A stretch of 64,000 nucleotides of DNA from Euprymna scolopes. Lineage: Eukaryota. This document shows, piece by piece, positions 30,001-40,264 of the stretch; the stretch's first letter is position 1; every line of letters begins with the position of its first letter. The notes beneath the pieces are model-generated. The model was not told the origin of the DNA. It did no database searches and was given only the letters and a program-made list of their open reading frames with translations. The stretch is from the NCBI GenBank assembly GCA_053919585.1, contig CM132790.1. One strand, written 5' to 3'. Position numbers and translations under genes: made by a program.

Positions 30001-33000
30001 TGATTCTATTTAGATTGGAAATCATATATAGAGTATGTGAAGTGATTCTATTTAGATTGAAAATCATATGTAGATTATGTGAAGTGATTCTATTTAGATT
30101 GGAAATCATATGTAGATTATGTAAAGTTATTCTATTTAGATTGGAAATCCTATATAGATTATGTAAAGTGATTCTATTTAGATTGAAAATCATATATAGA
30201 TTATGTGAAGTGATTCTTTTTAGATTGAAAATCATATATAGATTATGTGAAGTGATTCTATTTAGATTGGAAATTATATGTAGATTATGTGAAGTGATTC
30301 TATTTAGATTGGAAATCCTACATAGATTATGTAAAGTGATTCTATTTAGATTGAAAATCCTATGTAGATTATGTAAAGTGATTCTATTTAGATTGGAAAT
30401 CCTATATAGATTATGTAAAGTTATTCTATTTCGATTGAAAATCATATGTAGATTATGTGAAGTGATTCTATTTAGATTGGAAATCATATGTAGATTATGT
30501 AAAGTTATTCTATTTAAATTGGAAATCATATATAGAGTATGTGAAGTGATTCCATTTAGATTGGAAATCATATGTAGATTATGTGAAGTGATTCTATTTA
30601 AATTGGAAATCATATGTAGATTATGTAAAGTTATTCTATTTAGATTGGACATCCTATATAGATTATGTAAAGTGATTCTTTTTAGATTGAAAATCATATA
30701 TAGATTATGTGAAGTGATTCTATTTAGATTGAAAATCATATGTAGATTATGTGAAGCGATTCTATTTAGATTGGAAATCCTACATAGATTATGTAAAGTG
30801 ATTCTATTTAGATTGAAAATCCTATGTAGATTATGTAAAGTGATTCTATTTAGATTGAAAATCCTATGTAGATTATGTAAAGTGATTCTATTTAGATTGG
30901 AAATCTTATATAGATTATGTAAAGTGATTCTATTTAGATTGGAAATCCTATGTAGATTATGTAAAGTGATTCTATTTAGATTGGAAATCCAATGTAGATT
31001 ATGTAAAGTGATTCTATTTCGATTGAAAATCCCATGTAGATTATGTAAAGTGATTCTATTTAGATTGGAAATCCTATAGATTATGTAAAGTGATTCTATT
31101 TAGATTGAAAATCCTATATAGATTATGTAAAGTGATTCTATTTCGATTGAAAATCATATGTAGATTATGTAAAGTGATTCTATTTAGATTGAAAATCCTA
31201 TGTAGATTATGTAAAGTGATTCTATTTCGATTGAAAATCCCATGTAGATTATGTAAAGTGATTCTATTTAGATTGGAAATCCTATATAGATTATGTAAAG
31301 TGATTCTATTTCGATTGAAAATCCTATGTAGATTATGTAAAGTGATTCTATTTAGATTGAAAATCCTATATAGATTATGTAAAGTGATTCTATTTCGATT
31401 GAAAATCCCATGTAGATTATGTAAAGTGATTCTATTTAGATTGGAAATCCTATATAGATTATGTAAAGTTATTCTATTTCGATTGAAAATCCCATGTAGA
31501 TTATGTAAAGTGATTTTATTTAGATGGGAAATCCTATGTAGTGTATGTAAAGTGATTCTATTTAGATTGGAATCCAATATAGATCATGTAAAGTGATTCT
31601 ATTTTGATTGAAAATCCCATGTAGATTATGTAAAGTTATTTTATTTAGATGGGAAATCCTATGTAGTTTATGTAAAGTGATTCTATTTAGATTGGAATCC
31701 AATATAGATTATGTAAAGTGATTCTATTTAGATTGGAAATCCTATGTAGATTATGTAAAGTTATTCTATTTTGATTGGAAATCCTATGTAGATTATGTAA
31801 AGTGATTCTATTTAGATTGGAAATCCTATGTAGATTATGTGAAGTGATTCTATTTAGATTGAAAATCCTATATAGATTATGTAAAGTGATTCTATTTAGA
31901 TTGAAAATCCTATATAGATTATGTGAAGTGATTCTATTTAGATTGAAAATCCTATATAGATTATGTAAAGTGATTCTATTTAGATTGGAAATCCTATATA
32001 GATTATGTGAAGTGATTCTATTTAGATTGAAAATCCTATATAGATTATGTAAAGTGATTCTATTTAGATTGAAAATCCTATATAGATTATGTAAAGTGAT
32101 TCTATTTAGATTGGAAATCCTATGTAGATTATGTAAAGTGATTCTATTTAGATTGGAAATCCTATATAGATTATGTAAAGTGATTCTATTTCGATTGAAA
32201 ATCCTATGTAGATTATGTAAAGTGATTCTATTTAGATTGAAAATCCTATATAGATTATGTAAAGTGATTCTATTTCGATTGAAAATCCCATGTAGATTAT
32301 GTAAAGTGATTCTATTTAGATTGGAAATCCTATATAGATTATGTAAAGTGATTCTATTTAGATTGAAAATCCTATGTAGATTATGTAAAGTGATTCTATT
32401 TAGATTGGAAATCCTATATAGATTATGTAAAGTTATTCTATTTCGATTGAAAATCCCATGTAGATTATGTAAAGTGATTTTATTTAGATGGGAAATCCTA
32501 TGTAGTTTATGTAAAGTGATTCTATTTAGATTGGAATCCAATATAGATCATATAAAGTGATTCTATTTTGATTGAAAATCCCATGTAGATTATGTAAAGT
32601 GATTTTATTTAGATGGGAAATCCTATGTAGTTTATGTAAAGTGATTCTATTTAGATTGGAATCCAATATAGATTATGTAAAGTGATTCTATTTAGATTGG
32701 AAATCCTATGTAGATTATGTAAAGTGATCCTATTTAGATTGGAAATCCTATGTAGATTATGTAAAGTTATTCTATTTAGATTGGAAATCCTATGTAGATT
32801 ATGTAAAGTGATTCTATTTAGATTGGAAATCCTATATAGATTATGTGAAGTGATTCTATTTAGATTGAAAATCCTATATAGATTATGTAAAGTGATTCTA
32901 TTTAGATTGAAAATCCTATATAGATTATGTGAAGTGATTCTATTTAGATTGAAAATCCTATATAGATTATGTAAAGTGATTCTATTTAGATTGGAAATCC

Positions 33001-34152
33001 TATATAGATTATGTGAAGTGATTCTATTTAGATTGAAAATCCTATATAGATTATGTAAAGTGATTCTATTTAGATTGAAAATCCTATATAGATTATGTAA
33101 AGTTATTCTATTTAGATTGGAAATCCTATGTAGATTATGTAAAGTGATTCTATTTCGATTGAAAATCCCATGTAGATTATGTAAAGTGATTTTATTTAGA
33201 TGGGAAATCCTATGTAGTTTATGTAAAGTGATTCTATTTAGATTGGAATCCAATATAGATTATGTAAAGTGATTCTATTTAGATTGGAAATCCTATGTAG
33301 ATTATGTAAAGTGATTCTATTTAGATTGGAAATCCTATGTAGATTATGTAAAGTGATTCTATTTAGATTGGAATCCAATATAGATTATGTAAAGTGATTC
33401 TATTTAGATTGGAATCCTATATAGATTATGTAAAGTGATTCTATTTCGATTGAAAATCCCATGTAGATTATGTAAAATGGTTCTATTTAGATTGAAAATC
33501 CTATGTAGATTATGTAAAGTGATTCTATTTAGATTGGAAATCCTATATAGATTATGTAAAGTGATTCTATTTAGATTGGAAATCCTATATAGATTATGTA
33601 AAGTGATTCTATTTAGATTGGAAATCCTATATAGATTATGTAAAGTGATTCTATTTCGATTGAAAATCCCATGTAGATTATGTAAAGTGATTTTATTTAG
33701 ATGGGAAATCCTATGTAGTTTATGTAAAGTGATTCTATTTAGATTGGAATCCAATATAGATTATGTAAAGTGATTCTATTTAGATTGGAAATCCTATGTA
33801 GATTATGTAAAGTGATTCTATTTAGATTGGAAATCCTATGTAGATTATGTAAAGTGATTCTATTTAGATTGGAATCCAATATAGATTATGTAAAATGGTT
33901 CTATTTAGATTGAAAATCCTATGTAGATTATGTAAAGTGGTTCTATTTAGATTGGAAATCCTATATAGATTATGTAAAGTAATTCTATTTAGATTGGAAA
34001 TCCTATATAGATTATGTAAAGTTATTCTATTTAGATTGGAAATCCAATATAGATTATGTAAAATGGTTCTATTTAGATTGAAAATCCTATGTAGCTTATG
34101 TAAAGTGATTCTATTTAGATTGGAAATCCTATGTAGATTATGTAAAGTTATT
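1..34152. repeat. 42-bp satellite array, consensus GTGATTCTATTTAGATTGGAAATCCTATRTAGATTATGTAAA, about 810 copies, truncated by the window start
   Basis: Head-to-tail 42-bp periodicity is directly visible, with recurrent 41-bp variants. The array ends abruptly at ...GTAAAGTTATT|GTTGCAATC. Confidence 0.99.
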
Positions 34153-36239
34153 GTTGCAATCTTTTTTTCAGATATTATTGGAAATTTTAGACAGCTCAAA
34201 CCATATTACATTTTTCTTCTAAAATAATTTATTTATTTACCTTGAAATAAATGAAGGTGGAAATTTTCAACCTTATCAAATGTTTAGTTTTTTTAGTCAT
34301 TTTTCCGTCGGAGATATAAAAAGTTCTCTCAAAGATGTAAGCCCATCAAGTTGTTGATCGTGGATTATCTGATAAACTCTTGTGTCGCCAGTGGTTTACG
34401 TTGCATGGTAAATGAAATAATATTGGCAGTTTATATATATCTTCTAAAATTTGAAATATTATTATGCATTTAAGAACATCAAAAAGATATGAATTTTTAA
34501 AATAAATTGTTTACTTACCTTAAAAGCGAGTTTTTTTTTTTACCATATGAGCCTTTTGTAGAGCGTTGTTTTAAATTAATTATAATTCCGTCGAAAATAT
34601 GAAAAAAATCTCTCCATCATGGAAGTCTGTCGACGTGTTAATTGCAGATGACTTCATGGTCTGGCTTTCTTTTCTTTAGCTGTTTTTTGAGTTTGCTCAC
34701 AACCACAAACTAGAACACCGCGAGCCTGTGTGTGTTCAGTGTACAGGCCGTTATTGTCCGCTCATTTTGCAGGTTTTTAGTCGTTGTTCGAGTCTAACCC
34801 CAGTCGCAGTTCATCAAATAAAGTCGAAACGTTTAAAGCAAGGAAACATTGTTAACCTTTATATGTTATAAACATATTTACAAACGAGCAAACTTAGCTA
34901 GACCGAATCAAAACATAATTCCAAGTAGCACGTTTTATTAGCTAACCGTTCAAATGCCTATCTTGCATGAAGATGCAATCCAATCTCACACAAATAACAC
35001 AGTTATTTAAACGGGTTTTGACCATGGTGGTTCTCAAACAACTTTGTAAACATTAATAACATTTTTTAAATGTAATTTTGTAATTTTGATGTTATTTTCC
35101 AATTACATTTACTAATTACCTATCCAAAGAAAGAGGAGAAACACCTTAGATCCTATTTCAGGAAAAACTAGTATACAACACCATATTTACAACCGAAGCT
35201 TTATATAACAGGTGGATTTGACAAAATACTTTTGGCCTGCATCTAATTGAAAATACTCTGATGATTCCGTGGACCAACTCTATCGGTAAATATCATAAGA
35301 GAGGAGGAGACAGTTTGAAGATGATTGTATGCACTCTCTCAAATTTGAGTTTCCGTTTCTTTTATACGCCCTTGTATGCATTTTCTTGTAAGAAGGGTTT
35401 ACGTGAATTTAACGATGACATTAACCTAGAATTTCTTTCATGTTAGAGATTTTTATCATTTAGTTTCTGTAAATGTAAAATTACAAATATTAGTAAATAA
35501 AAAAGAATAAACGATGTAAATTACGATTACTCTATGATGTGAGAGTCGCAAAAAGAAATGATGCAATGAAGTTTCAGGTGTTGATTTTAAAGGCAATTTG
35601 CAACTCCGATGCACGCATTTTCATTGGTCATGCAATCTTTCATGAAAAGGAAAAATAATAAATAACCGCTTCCATTTCTTTTACATTTTTCCGCCTTGAA
35701 CTTGATATAATTATTGCTGCTATAGATACACATTATAAAAGAATTGTTTATATTGAACGTGAAAACGACTATGTCATAGGTAGTTGAGAAGCAGCCTTGC
35801 CTTTTGGGTCCTACGGGTAGTTTAAGAAAAATAAATTGTTCATATAATTTTTGTTTAGCTTACTGAAAAGATTTCGCTTGAGGTGCAATAATATCAATGA
35901 TTATGTATATGATACCCGTCGCGGCAATCACTCCAGATGAGTCGAGAAATATTCTAATAAATTGAGGCCTCACAATCGTTTCGCAGTCGCGTGTAATGAC
36001 CCTCTTGTAACGTAGTCATTAATCTTCTTCGATGGTATCGTTACATTTTTACAAGTTCAACACGTTTTATGCGGAGACAGTCGTAAAGAAACAAGAAAAG
36101 ATAATTCGGCTCTGCTTTTTTTCTAGTTAGAATAAAAGACATTTATTAACAGTATTTTCCAACTAAAGCATTCACCTTGTATTTTTAAAAGGTTCTTACT
36201 TCATTATATAGCTAAAGCAATCTCTGCTGTGTCAAAAAA

Positions 36240-36460
36240 CGTGCTTTTTTTTCTCGCGTCGACATATCTGCTTCTCGTGTCACTAGGCTGATTTTTCAAA
36301 TCTCTCTCGCAGGCACGTCCCCCGACTCGCTGTCGCCACCTTCGCTGTCGATCCTTCTTGTACACATTTCTTTTCGTTCCCCTTCTCCGCTGCGACGTCA
36401 CCGCACGCACCGACTAGGTTATTTGCATATATGAGATGCCCCTGCTGCCACACACGTGTT
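36240..36460. promoter_or_regulatory. CpG-rich, promoter-like island with a CRE-like GACGTCA and an octamer ATTTGCAT
   Basis: Local GC/CpG enrichment against an AT-rich background. GACGTCA is at 36394-36400 and ATTTGCAT at 36421-36428. No associated gene was identified. Confidence 0.25.
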
Positions 36461-39018
36461 AGTGGCTCTGCTATATTATTTTTTATCTATGTTTTAAAAA
36501 GAGGTGTCGTCAGCCATTCATATACCGTACCTGGTATTCAAAATCAGCTACCCATTTGTTACTGAGCAAAGTTAACGTCGCATACTTTCAGTGAGCTAAC
36601 AAGAACCAGTGGGTCAACGGGATTATGGCGTGTCCTGGGTGTCAAATATTAAGTAGACTTATAACTGTCCATTCCGAAGCAGTTATCTAAGCCACAGTAT
36701 TAACCTTTCTCCCATTGCAGAAAGACTGGACAGAAGACTGAAAGTAAGGTATATAAAGGATAACGCACCAGAGATGGTATACTCTTGTCGCTTGGAAAAA
36801 GGGGCTTAAAAGTTTTTCTATGGAAAATGGTTAAAATTTCTCCCATTTTTCGCCTACTACTTCCCTGGCGGGAAGGAGGTTGATTTCCCCTCTCTTGCAT
36901 TAAAGCATGTACAAATTGCAGGAGTATGTCTAAAAAAGAATGCTTTTGACGAATGCTATTTTTAAGGTTACTCAACTCGATTGGCGGGAGGCGCAAAATC
37001 ACAGATGTGATTCCCATTTGAAAATTTCCTGGTTGTGTTTTTCTTTCTTCTGCTTTTTTTATATTCGTTGACTTATGTGATTCTTAACCGTCAGTATTTC
37101 AGCTAAATCCTTACGTATCTTTTTGATCTTAATGTGTCAGATTTTAAAGTCGTTTTCTGCCCAGATAGTCAAACTCACATTTTCCTCGGACGTATCGTGT
37201 TTAGCTAATGATTGGTGCTGGATTGCTATATCATTTATAAAAAACATATCTACATCGTACAAAATGGGGCTTGATACCAAATTTGCCGGCATGGATTACT
37301 GAACACTCATCTATTTCACGTTGAATCAGTGTTTTCTGTTAAATTTAGACTTACATTTATAATTTGGAGTAAAGGTTTAAGAAGATGTAGAGGTTGTGGG
37401 TTATGGTTATGATTATAGATTCAGTTAATTATTAGGATAAATGGATTAGTTTTAAGGTTCCATGTCTGGTAAACGTACATTCTTTCGAAACCAACTAGGT
37501 GGTTTGTTTTCTCTGATTTTGCATTCTGTTAATTGAAATATTGACATATAAAAGTGAGGATATCATAATAAAATTGGTCTATGATATGTCGATCATTAAT
37601 CAAATCCGCATCCTCATGGTGTATATACTTTGCTTTGATTTGAAGCTAACAATCTCTATATTACAAGATGAGCTTTTATTCTTAGACACGTATCTCATTT
37701 GATGAGCTTGTGTGTTCAAATCATATTTCGGGGTGAGAATATTGTCTTGTCACGGATAAAATGATATGTTTTAAAAAAAATTGAATGACAGCTTCAATTA
37801 ATCATGGGTTTTAATTAATACACAGTAACGGAATTTATTTTTGTTTTTAATAATCATAACATGGAAAATAAAATACAAATGCACATCAAATAAAAGTACA
37901 TAAAACAAGACGATCGCATAAATATTTATTCGTATAAATATTGTATGATAATATTTCTGCTTAAAACCCCTCCATGACCAATATGATAACACTCAGGACC
38001 TAGTATTCACGTCTGACTCCAGGCCGGCTAGAAACCGCCTCATCACCGAGTTCCTTTAAGGAGTGCCACTTTCTCGATCAGGATTTCTGTACGTTGAAAT
38101 AGACTTCGAAGAAGTATAGTAAATTCACAAACGAATCTGCTATTCTAAGCGAAATTGGCCACCAAAAAGTCTTTTGTGTTAATTCTGTCCCATATCCCTA
38201 GATGATAATTCTATGTATACATTCTATCAAATTTATTTAGTAAAATTTAAATATTTATTATAAACCGAAATATTGATCGCTGCTTCAAGTATAAAAAAAA
38301 TGTGATGGATAAGATTCTGTAAGTTCTAAACAAGATTGATATCATCCAGGCCAATGCGAATCGGAACTTCCACGATGAAAGCAAAAAAAACAAAAAACAA
38401 ACGACAGGCAACGTAAATTATTAAACGATTGCAATATATTTGAGACTGCCGTATAAATAAACACAATGACATGGCAAAAATATTTTTTCTAAAACCATTG
38501 TATTCAAGAGGCAACCGTGAAATGCAAAGTAAAAGGACAGGAAAACTAAACCATTCAATAGAATAAGACAGGAAACCCTCAATAGAAAAGTATGTAATTT
38601 TATCTCACGAATCTATGATTTTTGTTTACGACTTTACATTAAGAATGCAATGAGGCCATCAACAAAGCAGAAAAGCAGTTTCACACGTTTGCAATGCTTA
38701 ATCAAATAAGGATTTATGGTCGCTGTATGCGCATGGTTTGTACATTATATTTATGCAAATTTGATTTAATCAGGAGAATCAAAATTGACTTGTATCAAAG
38801 TCATTTAAAAATATAATATATCACGTCGTCAAAAGCTTTAGATGTTGTTTCAATTTCGTTCAGATGAGGATTGATAATTTCTTTTATGTGGACATGTTGA
38901 ACTTCTCTTCTTATTTTTCTGTAATTCGCACTAATTCCTATGCAATAAAACCTCTAACAGCGAAGCGGGTATCCGAGCGTACATAAAAGTCCAGCACCAA
39001 GCATGTGTATCTTTGTAA

Positions 39019-39021
<3 letters not shown>

Positions 39022-39052
<31 letters not shown>
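39022..39052. repeat. (TA)n microsatellite
   Basis: Directly visible. Confidence 0.95.
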
Positions 39053-39055
<3 letters not shown>

Positions 39056-39270
39056 GTACAGAAAGTTGTTAGTTGAGACAGATCATTGGTACCGTCGGTT
39101 TCAAGCTCGATAATAAGGCCCATTTAAGGTATCCTTATCAAGCTCTCTTCAGCCAATATTCGTCTCTTTTTTCCTTTTAATTGAGCACTCTGCTGGAATT
39201 CTTTTTCCCCCAAAAAACTAATGATATATATATATATATATATAATGATAGTAATTTATAAAATATATAT

Positions 39271-39336
39271 GGCGATTAAGCTACACTGAATATTCTGCGT
39301 TTCATCCAACTATAGGATTCGTCAGGCTTATGCGCC
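39271..39336 (-). ncRNA. Type I hammerhead ribozyme (all stems intact), Penelope/retrozyme-like
   Basis: The minus strand reads GGCG-CA-UAAGC [CUGACGA] AUCC-uauaguu-GGAU [GAAA] CGC-A-GAAUAUUC-A-GU [GUA] GCUUA-AU-CGCC. This gives the complete catalytic core, stems I/II/III and a GUA cleavage triplet. Confidence 0.85.
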
Positions 39337-39338
39337 TA

Positions 39339-39404
39339 GGCGCATAAGCCTGACGAATCCTATAGTTGAGTGAAACGCAGAATATTCAGTGTAGCTTAAT
39401 CGCC
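39339..39404 (+). ncRNA. Type I hammerhead ribozyme, mirror copy with weakened stem II
   Basis: CTGACGA at 39350-39356, GAAA at 39372-39375 and GTA at 39391-39393. Stem I is TAAGC/GCTTA plus GGCG/CGCC. Stem II (ATCC/GAGT) has a C-A mismatch and a U-G pair. Confidence 0.7.
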
Positions 39405-39544
39405 ATATATATTTTATAAATTACTAACTAGCTCTACCTACGTATTGAGCACTTTTGAAGTAAATACTTAAAGTTTACGCATAAATCTATACTTTCGTAT
39501 ATTAAATTTATGTGAATAAATGAAGTAGTTATATATATAATGAT

Positions 39545-39763
39545 ATATATATATCATTAGATATTATTCAAAATGACAATAAAATAAATATATACATATA
39601 TATCATTAGATATTATTCAAAATGACAATAAAATAAATATATATATATATCATTAGATATTATTCAAAATGACAATAAAATAAATATATACATATATATC
39701 ATTAGATATTATTCAAAATGACAATAAAATAAATATATATATATCATTAGATATTATTCAAAA
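39545..39763. repeat. ~47-51 bp minisatellite (ATATATCATTAGATATTATTCAAAATGACAATAAAATAAATAT...), about 4.5 copies
   Basis: Direct tandem copies that differ only in the length of the embedded TA tract. Confidence 0.95.
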
Positions 39764-39799
39764 TTAAGTTTTTCTATGTTTCTACTATTTTAGATGAAA

Positions 39800-39914
39800 T
39801 TGACCATTTGTATTACTTCGATTCTATCTATCTTGGCGGGATTGGGTGTTGTCTAATCATCCAGCGAAATGCTATGGCCGACCGTACACGAGAAACCAAC
39901 TCTTTTTATATAGA
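39800..39914 (-). mobile_element. Possible 5' terminus of a non-autonomous Helitron
   Basis: The minus strand reads A|TCTATATAAAAAGAG..., resembling the TC start of Helitrons. No matching 3' end was found and the inner boundary is approximate. Confidence 0.25.
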
Positions 39915-40055
39915 TGCAGATGTAAACGTTTATGTATTAGAATGATAGGAATATATAAACTAGTCAAAATTTTAACATTTCTTGTATAAAAATAACATAT
40001 ACACATAAGTATATGTGTGCATGTTTGTGCGTGTGTGTATGTCTTGTATTAATAT

Positions 40056-40264
40056 NNNNNNNNNNNNNNNNNNNNNNNNNNNNNNNNNNNNNNNNNNNNN
40101 NNNNNNNNNNNNNNNNNNNNNNNNNNNNNNNNNNNNNNNNNNNNNNNNNNNNNNNNNNNNNNNNNNNNNNNNNNNNNNNNNNNNNNNNNNNNNNNNNNNN
40201 NNNNNNNNNNNNNNNNNNNNNNNNNNNNNNNNNNNNNNNNNNNNNNNNNNNNNNNNNNNNNNNN
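40056..40264. other. Assembly gap (209 N)
   Basis: Run of N that hides the first 2 bp of the Tc1 TIR and its TA target duplication. Confidence 0.99.

Larger units (their letters stand above)
39249..39426. repeat. 178-bp near-perfect palindrome with no spacer, centred on CCT|AGG
   Basis: 39249-39337 is the reverse complement of 39338-39426 except for 2 adjacent mismatches (TTCATCCAAC versus TTCACTCAAC). Confidence 0.97.
39251..39530 (+). mobile_element. Probable Penelope-like pseudo-LTR or retrozyme insertion with an inverted 5' portion
   Basis: A hammerhead-bearing unit is preceded by its own inverted partial copy. The block is flanked by the direct repeat ATATATATAATGATA (39236-39250 and 39531-39545), which is TSD-like but low complexity. 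Confidence 0.55.

Noticed and set aside
1-34152. CRISPR-like array
   Set aside because: There are no unique spacers, the units are contiguous, no cas genes are present and the context is eukaryotic.
167-34227. Very long ORFs on both strands (VILFRLEILCRLCK and NLNRITLHNLHRIS repeats, up to 1304 aa; the minus frame looks superficially LRR-like)
   Set aside because: The period is a multiple of 3 and two frames happen to be stop-free. Frameshifting 41-bp units and stops are amplified within the array, and there are no unique N- or C-terminal domains. The minus frame stays open longer simply because it has fewer codons one mutation away from a stop.
36500-36700. Possible tRNA-derived SINE on the minus strand
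   Set aside because: The A and B boxes are too degenerate to support without a repeat library.
35261-39123. Short ORFs of 61-105 aa
   Set aside because: No recognisable domains, low complexity and no supportable exon structure.
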